Assembly (NCBI GenBank): GCA_965208125.1
Contig: OZ242320.1
Location: 3,862,482-3,926,481, forward strand
Length of the DNA stretch: 64,000 bases
Source of the DNA: Candidatus Latescibacterota bacterium
Lineage (GTDB): Bacteria > Latescibacterota > UBA2968
Direction of reading: 5' to 3'
A program made the position numbers and the translations under genes. Of the stretch, positions 1 through 7,346 are shown piece after piece; the stretch's first letter is position 1; the number at the start of each line of letters is the position of its first letter. Below the pieces are notes generated by a model. That model was given only the letters and a program-made list of their open reading frames with translations, did no database searches and was not told the DNA's origin.

Positions 1-579
1 CTGCCCGACTGGGGTCACGAAGGTCTTTCCGATGTCCTCTTTCTCGCCAGTAGAGATGGACTGAATTTCACACAGCCTTATGCCGATGCGTTTATGCGTC
101 CCGGTCTGGATCAAAATAACTGGCACGAGCGTTCCATTTTTATCGGACCGCGTGTCGTTTCTACAGCGCCCGGCGAACTCTCACTTTATTCTGTGCAAAA
201 TTATCGCACACCCAATGTACACATTCGGCGTTTCACTCTGCGCGAAGATGGGTTTGTTTCTGTTCGCGCTGACGCGAGGACCGGTGTTCTTACGACCAGG
301 CCGTTCACTTTTGCCGGCACTCAATTGGAAATCAATTATTCTACGAGTGTTGCCGGATCGATTCGCATTGCATTGCTTGACGAAGCGGGCGATCCCCTTC
401 CCAGATTCGCGCTCGACGACTGTCCCCACATTTTCGGCGATGAAATCGCGCGCACTGTTCGCTGGAAAAATGTCAATGCTATCGATGTCGCCCCGAATCA
501 ACCCATTCGTTTGCAATTTGAGCTGATTGAAGCAGACCTTTTTTCCTTTCGGTTCTTCAGTTCCGGAGAAATATCATGA
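1..579 (+). CDS. partial CDS (5' end outside window): C-terminal beta-sandwich part of a glycoside-hydrolase-like protein, function uncertain
   Basis: Frame 1 is open from nt 1 (LPDWGHEGLSDVLFLASRDGLNF...) and runs into the listed 94..579 ORF. Its stop (577-579) overlaps the next start (ATGA at 576-579). The family call rests only on by-eye resemblance of ...TRPFTFAGTQLEINYSTSVAGSIRIALLDEAGDPLPRF... to the C-terminal jelly-roll of GH32/GH43-like enzymes. Confidence 0.4.
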   Translation: MPDWGHEGLSDVLFLASRDGLNFTQPYADAFMRPGLDQNNWHERSIFIGPRVVSTAPGELSLYSVQNYRTPNVHIRRFTLREDGFVSVRADARTGVLTTRPFTFAGTQLEINYSTSVAGSIRIALLDEAGDPLPRFALDDCPHIFGDEIARTVRWKNVNAIDVAPNQPIRLQFELIEADLFSFRFFSSGEIS

Positions 580-1721
580 AAATCGCTAAAATCGAACAAT
601 TCTTTCCCCGCCGGAGAATGCGTTTGATTAAAATTACGACCGATACGGGTATTGTCGGCTGGGGAGAGACCACCCTTGAAGGCAAACCCAGGAGCACTTG
701 GGCTGCCGTAGAAGAACTTGCCGATTACCTGATAGGGAAAGATCCCCTGCGGATTGAGCACCACTGGCAACACATTTACCGATCTGCTTTTTACCGCGGG
801 GGCAATGTGCTTATGACCGCTCTTTCGGGTATTGATCAGGCGCTTTGGGATATTGCGGGCAAATACTTCAATGTGCCGACCTATCAGCTTCTCGGCGGAC
901 CGGTGCGCGATCGCATTCGCGTTTATGCCCATTGGGGGATTCGCGATAGTTCAGAACGCGCTTTGGATGCTGCGCGTGAGCGTCTTGAAATGTTGCAAGA
1001 AAAGGGCGGATACAAAGCTTTTAAATCGGGACCTGGCGGTAAGTGGCGTGCCCACGAACCTCCTGAGGTGATCGACCGCTTTGTCAAATGTGCCTATACC
1101 ATGCGCGAGTGGGTTGGCGACGATTGCGAACTCTGTTTTGATTTTCACGGCAAGATGACGCCTGCGCTTGCCGTGGAGATTTGCCACGAGATCAAAGGCA
1201 TGCGCCCCATGTTCGTCGAAGAACCCGTGCCACAGGAAAATGTCGATGCGCTCAAACACGTTTCCGACCATGTGCCCTTTCCCATTGCCACGGGTGAACG
1301 CCTGCTTTCGCGCTGGGAATTTCGCACTGTTTTTGAAAAAAATGCCGTTGCCTATATCCAGCCCGATGGCTCGCATGCAGGTGGTATTTCCGAACTCAAA
1401 CGCATTGCGAACATGGCAGAAGTGTATTATATGCACATCATGCCGCATTGCGCTATTGGGCCGGTCGCTTTTTCCGCATGTATGCAGGTTGATGCCGCTG
1501 TGCCCAATTTTCTCATTCAAGAGCAAGTCGATGCGGGTCTGGGGGAGGACCTGCTGCAAGATCCCTGGGTTGTCAGGGATGGGCATATTGATTTGCCCAC
1601 CAGGCCCGGTCTGGGTTTTGACCTCATTCCCACAGAAGCAGAACAAAATATCGGGGTGTATGAAGAAGAACTCGGCGGGGAGTATTTTTACGAAACTGAT
1701 GGCAGTGTTGCGGATTGGTAA
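576..1721 (+). CDS. dgoD: enolase-superfamily dehydratase, D-galactonate dehydratase-like
   Basis: 381 aa. MKIAKI..GIVGWGE, SGIDQALWDIAGK, LLGGPVRDRIRVY, FDFHGK, FVEEP, ATGER, IQPD.SHAGGI and MPHC are collinear with E. coli DgoD (mandelate racemase/muconate-lactonizing subgroup). The exact sugar-acid substrate is not provable from sequence. Confidence 0.75.
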   Translation: MKIAKIEQFFPRRRMRLIKITTDTGIVGWGETTLEGKPRSTWAAVEELADYLIGKDPLRIEHHWQHIYRSAFYRGGNVLMTALSGIDQALWDIAGKYFNVPTYQLLGGPVRDRIRVYAHWGIRDSSERALDAARERLEMLQEKGGYKAFKSGPGGKWRAHEPPEVIDRFVKCAYTMREWVGDDCELCFDFHGKMTPALAVEICHEIKGMRPMFVEEPVPQENVDALKHVSDHVPFPIATGERLLSRWEFRTVFEKNAVAYIQPDGSHAGGISELKRIANMAEVYYMHIMPHCAIGPVAFSACMQVDAAVPNFLIQEQVDAGLGEDLLQDPWVVRDGHIDLPTRPGLGFDLIPTEAEQNIGVYEEELGGEYFYETDGSVADW

Positions 1722-1724
1722 TAT

Positions 1725-2618
1725 ATGAACGAAATAACAGAACAACCCGACAAAATGGGCAAGGCGTTTCTCGATCTTGCCAATCGGGGTGAAGCGCGCT
1801 GGACAAGGTATATTTTAACGCTGTTGATCATTATTGCTACCTGGATTTTGGGCAGTGGTACAGTCCTGCTCGCTGTTTATGGCCCTGAACCCGAAGGTTC
1901 TCCCATGGATGGCACAAGTCCTTTTCTGGATTTTATTGCCCTTAACTTGCTCTTTGTCACGGTGCTGATCGGCCTGTGGATTGGTATTTGCAACGCACAC
2001 AAACGCTCTTTACTCACGCTTATTACGCCACGCGATGATATCCGTTGGGGCCGCATATTGCAGGGCTTTGGTTTGCAAATGGGTCTGGGTATTGTCTTCG
2101 CAGCTATTGATGCTCTGCTTTTTCCAGATAACTACACTTATACTCTGGACCCCGAACGTTTTTACAAATTTGCCATCCTCGTCCTGATCCTCACTCCTTT
2201 TCAGACCACTACCGAAGAGCTTCTCACGCGCAGTTACTTCTTACAAATGCTCGGTCACTTCACGCGACATCCCATTGTTCTCGTTATTCTCAATGCTCTG
2301 CCCTTTGCCTTGTTCCATTTGATGAATCCCGAGATCGCGGCGTATGGTGTAGCGCCCATGTTGATTTCCTACTTTGTCGTCGGTGCATTTCTCGCCCTTG
2401 TCACGCTCAAAGATAACGGAGCAGAACTCGCTATTGGCATTCATGCCGCGAATAACATGTTTGCAGCGGTGCTCGTCAATTACGAAGGCTCCGCGCTATC
2501 TACCAATGCCATCTTTACGATAAAGGAGGTCAATGTTTGGTCCGGCACGATTGCCTACATTGTCTCCGCAGCTATTATGTATTGGATATTGTTCCGCAGT
2601 AAACGACCAGTCCCTTGA
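1725..2618 (+). CDS. CPBP-family (CAAX/Abi-type) intramembrane glutamic metalloprotease
   Basis: 297 aa and multi-spanning. Signature motifs are TTEELLTRSY (EExxxR), FALFHL (FxxxH) and HAANNMF (HxxxN). Confidence 0.75.
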   Translation: MNEITEQPDKMGKAFLDLANRGEARWTRYILTLLIIIATWILGSGTVLLAVYGPEPEGSPMDGTSPFLDFIALNLLFVTVLIGLWIGICNAHKRSLLTLITPRDDIRWGRILQGFGLQMGLGIVFAAIDALLFPDNYTYTLDPERFYKFAILVLILTPFQTTTEELLTRSYFLQMLGHFTRHPIVLVILNALPFALFHLMNPEIAAYGVAPMLISYFVVGAFLALVTLKDNGAELAIGIHAANNMFAAVLVNYEGSALSTNAIFTIKEVNVWSGTIAYIVSAAIMYWILFRSKRPVP

Positions 2619-2740
2619 TCTCTTATGGACTGCGATTTTTTGGCCAATGATTGAGTGTAGCCTGGGGTTGCTCAATACCATAGGAGACAGAGCATTTTTC
2701 CCGGTGTACCGTATATTGATTTTGTTGTCCAGACCGACAG

Positions 2741-3829
2741 ATGAAAGGGCTTGCCGTGCCTAAATTTCAAGCGAAGGCTTTGCGCCGGATTGGTTACGAG
2801 CTTTTCGAAGCTGCCGGGTGTACGCCCGAGGACACGCGGACCGTCGTGGACCACCTTGTCGAGTCGAATCTCTTCGGTCACGACTCTCACGGTGCCATCC
2901 GGTTCTACGAGTATGCCCGGGCGGTCCGGGAAGGGCGGTTCCAGCCCCGGGCGGTTCCGGTGGTCGTCGAGGAGTATCCCTGCCTGGCTGTTGTGGATGC
3001 GAAGGGGGCGATGGGACAGGTGGGCGCGACCTTTGCAGCAAAGCTGGCCAGTGAGAAGGCCCGGATACACGGCGTCGGTTGCGTCGCGCTGCGGAATACC
3101 AGCCATATAGGCCGGGCTGGTGCGTATCCGCTCATGGCCGCCCGGGAAGGATTGATTGGTCTGATCTTTGTGAATGCCGGGCACCTGGGTTATCAGATCT
3201 CCCCTTTTGGGGGAATCGACGGACGCCTGAGCACCAATCCGGTCGCATTTGCTGCCCCCCGACGGGAGGCAGAGCCGATTCTGGTGGACATGACGACTTC
3301 GGTGGTGGCAGAAGGAAAGGTGCGGGTGGCGATCAATAGCGGGCACCAGGTCCCCGAGGGTTGGCTGATCGATTCGGAGGGGAATCCGACCGTGGATCCG
3401 GGAGATTTTTCGGCCGATCCGCCGGGCGCCATTCTCCCTATGGGCGGCGTGGTTGCCCACAAAGGCTTTGCGTTGAGCCTGGTGGTGGAGCTTTTGGGAG
3501 GCACTCTCAGCGGGCAGGGATGCGCTGCCGGCGAGCGCCAGATGATCAGCAACGGCGTGCTTTTGACGGTGTACGACATTGCGCACTTTACCGATCGGGA
3601 GGCCTACTACGACGAGGTGGAAGCATTGATCCGGCACGTGAAGTCGAGCCGCGTGGCCCCTGGATTTGAGGAAATCCTGCTGCCCGGAGAGCCGGAGTTC
3701 CGCAGCGCGATGCAGCGGAAGATGGAGGGGATCGAGGTAGATGATACAACCTGGTCGATGATCTGCGAGGAAGCGCGTGCCGTCGGGCTGGAACCCCAGC
3801 GGTGGGAAGCCGAGCGGTATGTCGGTTGA
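2741..3829 (+). CDS. Ldh_2-family NAD(P)H-dependent oxidoreductase (type-2 malate/L-lactate/ureidoglycolate dehydrogenase family)
   Basis: 362 aa. LVESNLFGHDSHG, LRNTSHIGRAGAY, LSTNPVAFAAP and GGVVAHKGFALSL occur in the order typical of Ldh_2 proteins. The gene is visibly GC-richer than both neighbours. Confidence 0.75.
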   Translation: MKGLAVPKFQAKALRRIGYELFEAAGCTPEDTRTVVDHLVESNLFGHDSHGAIRFYEYARAVREGRFQPRAVPVVVEEYPCLAVVDAKGAMGQVGATFAAKLASEKARIHGVGCVALRNTSHIGRAGAYPLMAAREGLIGLIFVNAGHLGYQISPFGGIDGRLSTNPVAFAAPRREAEPILVDMTTSVVAEGKVRVAINSGHQVPEGWLIDSEGNPTVDPGDFSADPPGAILPMGGVVAHKGFALSLVVELLGGTLSGQGCAAGERQMISNGVLLTVYDIAHFTDREAYYDEVEALIRHVKSSRVAPGFEEILLPGEPEFRSAMQRKMEGIEVDDTTWSMICEEARAVGLEPQRWEAERYVG

Positions 3830-3860
3830 GCGCGCGCTGGCTCCGGGAATGAAAAAGACA

Positions 3861-3900
3861 AATGGGAGATATGGCCTTTAGCCGTGTCTCCCATTTTTTT
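3861..3900 (+). terminator. Rho-independent terminator after the Ldh_2 gene
   Basis: AATGGGAGA (3861-3869) pairs with TCTCCCATT (3887-3895), followed by a run of T to 3900. Confidence 0.7.
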
Positions 3901-4011
3901 AGCGATTAGAAAAGGCCAATAGCGTGTCCAGTTTTCAGATATACATCAGCTATAGCTTTGCGAGGATCGGATTCGACAGGGTGAAGCCTGGGAAATGCCT
4001 CGGATTATAAT

Positions 4012-4040
4012 TTGCACCTTAAAACAAATTAGAGTATCTT
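4012..4040 (+). promoter_or_regulatory. possible sigma-70-type promoter for the activator gene
   Basis: TTGCAC (4012-4017), a 17-nt spacer, then TATCTT (4035-4040), about 25 nt upstream of the ATG at 4065. The promoter consensus of this lineage is unknown. Confidence 0.25.
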
Positions 4041-4064
4041 AAAAAACAAATAAGGAAAAGTGCT

Positions 4065-5828
4065 ATGAATGCGATTTATCCTGAAACCGAATACAACTTC
4101 GTAATAGGCAAAAGTCCGCAAATGCGGGAAGTCTATCGCCAGATGCAAACGGCTGCCAAAGGGGCGGGAAGCGTGCTGATTGCAGGAGAAAGCGGCACAG
4201 GAAAAGACCTGGTCGCTCAGTACATCCACCACAAAAGCGGTCGCGCCCCAAATCCCTTTGTGCCCGTGAATTGCGGCGCTATTCCCAAAGAACTCTTTGA
4301 AAGCGAACTGTTCGGACACAAAAAAGGTTCTTTTACCGGCGCCGTAAACGAAACCGCTGGCCTTTTCAGATCTGCTGATACAGGGACCATATTTCTGGAT
4401 GAGATTACCGAAATTCCACTCGAAACCCAGGTCAAACTTTTGCGCGTTCTTCAAGAGAAGCGCATTCGCCCCCTCGGAAGCACGGAAGAAATTCCCCTGG
4501 ATGTCCAGGTCATTGCAGCCACCAACCGCGACCTGGAGCAGGTGCTCTGGAACAGAAGCTTCCGGGAAGATCTCTATTACCGGCTCGGGGCAGTCACCAT
4601 CTATATCCCGCCCCTGCGGGAACATTTAGAAGACATCCCGGAACTGGTCGCCGCTTTCATCCAAAAGCTCAACCGGCGCCTTAAACGCAACATCCTGGGC
4701 GTTCACCCAGATATAATGCAAAACCTCACCAAATATTCCTGGCCCGGCAATGTACGTCAGCTTGAAAACGTCATTGAGAATGCATATTTGTTTACCAAAG
4801 GGAAGTGGATTACCAGGTTGGGGGTGAAACTCGAAGAGGATACCCAATCTCTTGTGAGATCCACAGGAGAAATTAGCACATCCCTGGATCCGAGCGAATT
4901 CTACTTGCCGTCCAAAGCGATGTCAACCTCCTTGAGACGGAAAATTCAAAGTGCAGCAAAAAGTCCGGCAGGCGTGTTGATCCTGGGAGAAGAAGGGACC
5001 GGTTGCCATATGATTGGACGGGAAATTCACCGTCAGAGCACCTATGCCAAGGGTCCCTTTGTCATCGTCAACTGCGATACGATTCCACCCGAACTTTTTG
5101 AAAAAGAGCTGTTCGGGAATTCCATTTTTGAAGATACGCAAGAACATTTTGAAGGATATATGCACCAGGCCGAAAGCGGCACGCTCTTTCTCTACGAAGT
5201 CACGACCATACCGTACCGGATTCAGGTGCTGCTGTGTCGCTTGTTCGAAGCAGACAGGATGCGTCCGACCGGGTTTTCCAGGGACCTTCCGAAAAATCTT
5301 CGCGTTATTGCCTATACGTCGCAAGATCTGCATCAGGCTTTGAAAGAGAAAAGTCTATCCGTTGGGTTATATACCCGATTGAGTGGGTTTGTCATTCACA
5401 TTCCGACTTTGCGGGAACAAAAAGAGAAAATTCCAGAATTCGCAGATTATTTTGTCAAATTATTCGCCACTCAGCAACAACGTCCGGCTCCCCAAATTCA
5501 CGACAAAGCACTGGCATCTCTGATGGCCTATTCCTGGCCGGGCAATCTACTGGAACTGCGCTTTGTTATCCAGGGTGCTCTTACTGCGGCGAACTTTGGC
5601 ACAATTCAAAAACACCACCTGCCAGACCAACTGGGCATACACTGGCAGACGGATGGACACACAGACACACGGGGCAAACTCTACGATGTAGAGCAGGATT
5701 TACTTCAAGAAGCACTTCAAAAAGCCGATGGAAACAAAACCCAGGCCGCTCGACTTCTCGGTATCTCCCGGAAAAAGGTTTACAAAATGTTGGAAAGTTC
5801 ACCCCTTCATCATGAATCCGGATTTTAA
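4065..5828 (+). CDS. sigma-54-dependent transcriptional activator (bEBP) with tandem AAA+ modules (first intact, second degenerate), C-terminal Fis-type HTH and no N-terminal input domain
   Basis: Module 1 has GESGTGKD (Walker A), GSFTGA (GAFTGA loop), FLDEI (Walker B), REDLYYRL and [10 protein letters not shown]. Module 2 (aa ~283-510) aligns to module 1 but reads GEEGTGCH and FLYEV, has no GAFTGA, and reads [10 protein letters not shown]. The HTH is [20 protein letters not shown]. Confidence 0.9.
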   Translation: MNAIYPETEYNFVIGKSPQMREVYRQMQTAAKGAGSVLIAGESGTGKDLVAQYIHHKSGRAPNPFVPVNCGAIPKELFESELFGHKKGSFTGAVNETAGLFRSADTGTIFLDEITEIPLETQVKLLRVLQEKRIRPLGSTEEIPLDVQVIAATNRDLEQVLWNRSFREDLYYRLGAVTIYIPPLREHLEDIPELVAAFIQKLNRRLKRNILGVHPDIMQNLTKYSWPGNVRQLENVIENAYLFTKGKWITRLGVKLEEDTQSLVRSTGEISTSLDPSEFYLPSKAMSTSLRRKIQSAAKSPAGVLILGEEGTGCHMIGREIHRQSTYAKGPFVIVNCDTIPPELFEKELFGNSIFEDTQEHFEGYMHQAESGTLFLYEVTTIPYRIQVLLCRLFEADRMRPTGFSRDLPKNLRVIAYTSQDLHQALKEKSLSVGLYTRLSGFVIHIPTLREQKEKIPEFADYFVKLFATQQQRPAPQIHDKALASLMAYSWPGNLLELRFVIQGALTAANFGTIQKHHLPDQLGIHWQTDGHTDTRGKLYDVEQDLLQEALQKADGNKTQAARLLGISRKKVYKMLESSPLHHESGF

Positions 5829-5970
5829 TCCTTCAGTGTTTCCTTTCGAAACAACTGTATCCTGAGGGAACGTACCAGATGCTTCTCGCCAAACTGGAAT
5901 TCCCGGGCCCTGCAGGAACTCTCCATTCAATTTCATTCACATAAATATATATAAAATAATAGTCTAATTG

Positions 5971-6010
5971 TGCCAGACAATCTGATTTCCATTTTTTTCG
6001 TTGTCTGGCA
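5971..6010. repeat. perfect 10-nt inverted repeat TGCCAGACAA-N20-TTGTCTGGCA
   Basis: Read directly. 5971-5980 is the exact reverse complement of 6001-6010. Confidence 0.9.
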
Positions 6011-6021
6011 TGTTTTTTGCT
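6006..6021 (+). promoter_or_regulatory. candidate sigma-54 (-24/-12) promoter
   Basis: TGGCAT-GTTTT-TTGCT matches TGGCAC-N5-TTGCW with exact GG/GC spacing. It lies 122 nt upstream of the start at 6143, in an AT-rich 314-nt spacer next to a bEBP gene. Caveat: the same bases can be read as the descending arm plus T-tract of a terminator hairpin. Confidence 0.5.
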
Positions 6022-6142
6022 TATAGGTTAAATAAGATAAAATAATTTTTTGATGAATTGATTCAGCCACCTTAAAATTACACTTAATCCCTGCCAAATC
6101 TACTGCCTCAATTTCTGTCCCGATTATCGCGAGGAATATACG

Positions 6143-6544
6143 TTGAACAGGCGCATTTTGATTGTCTCCGAAGATTCCCGGCTGGCCTGGGACGTGAAAA
6201 ATCTTCTGTCTGGCGAACCTGTGGAACAGACTGAAGTGCGTTCCGGGCAGGCATGTCTGGATATGATTGTGAGTACTCCTGTGGAAATTGTCGTGATAGA
6301 CGACCGTCTCCAGGATATGCAGGCAGTGGATCTAATCAGACATATCAAATCCACAGTGCCAGATATAATCGTCATCCTGGGTGCCTATAAACATTCTATC
6401 CAGGATGAAATAGAGGCCAGGCGAGCTGGGGCCTCCTACTGTATCATCGGTCCCGGCGAATACGATACCCTCTACCAGTTTTTGCTACAGGCCATTGCGT
6501 TAGAAAACAGACACCTTTTGAGTAAAAATAAAAAAAGGAGGTGA
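6143..6544 (+). CDS. stand-alone CheY-like receiver domain protein (atypical)
   Basis: 133 aa, TTG start with GAGGA 8 nt upstream. ILIVSED, VVIDD (phospho-acceptor Asp position) and AGASYCIIGP are collinear with CheY. By eye, the Thr87 and Lys109 equivalents are Gly. Confidence 0.75.
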   Translation: MNRRILIVSEDSRLAWDVKNLLSGEPVEQTEVRSGQACLDMIVSTPVEIVVIDDRLQDMQAVDLIRHIKSTVPDIIVILGAYKHSIQDEIEARRAGASYCIIGPGEYDTLYQFLLQAIALENRHLLSKNKKRR

Positions 6545-6623
6545 TATCGCGTTTAACACAGCTACAATAGTCACGATAGATGTGGATTCATCCTGATTAC
6601 ACCAAATCCGAGAGGAGGCGTTT

Positions 6624-7334
6624 ATGATTCGATTTCGAAGTATTTTGTTTGGCGGAGTTCTCGTGCTGATCCTGGGAGGAATCTCATTCGCCCAGGAATT
6701 TACTCCCCGAGTGGGCATCGCGGGGAATATTAGCGTGAACCTGCCTGTACTGGGACTCCGAACCTGGTTTACACAGGCCCCGCAATTCGGGGTCAATATT
6801 GTGTATCATCGCCATGCGCGGATAGAAGTGGAGTACGAATATCACTACGCCCGGTTTGACGGTGGGAGTCTGGAGGATGCCGAGTTTATGTGGGCACCAA
6901 CCGGTACCACAGATCTTCAGTCTTACAAAAGCCCCAACGCGCAATCCAGGATGCGTTTTCACAGCTTTCTGGTCAACGGCGTCTTCTTTTTTGGCAAGCA
7001 ACTCAATGACCAAAAGGCTCGGCCTTATTTCACATTCGGGAGCGGTATGTATCACTATCGTACTACTGAAACAGGGCTGATCTTTCCAGGACAAACGGGT
7101 AACTCGTTGAACACCAGCATTGTTCTGGAATCCGACGGGGATGTCCGAACAACTGTCGGTATCAATTTTGGTCTGGGCGTTGCTTTCTATACATCCGATC
7201 GATTCGCCCTTGATTTGCGTGGTCGATACCACATTATCATAGGTCAGTTACGCCCCATGGAGGCGTGGGGATTGAAGCAGGTTTTTCCCTTCCATGCGCT
7301 GGATCTGGGCATTCGCGTGAAGACCTACTTTTAG
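6624..7334 (+). CDS. small outer-membrane beta-barrel protein
   Basis: 236 aa. Signal peptide (…GGISFAQE), alternating amphipathic strands, and a C-terminal aromatic residue (…IRVKTYF). Confidence 0.7.
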   Translation: MIRFRSILFGGVLVLILGGISFAQEFTPRVGIAGNISVNLPVLGLRTWFTQAPQFGVNIVYHRHARIEVEYEYHYARFDGGSLEDAEFMWAPTGTTDLQSYKSPNAQSRMRFHSFLVNGVFFFGKQLNDQKARPYFTFGSGMYHYRTTETGLIFPGQTGNSLNTSIVLESDGDVRTTVGINFGLGVAFYTSDRFALDLRGRYHIIIGQLRPMEAWGLKQVFPFHALDLGIRVKTYF

Positions 7335-7346
7335 GGGGAACACAAT

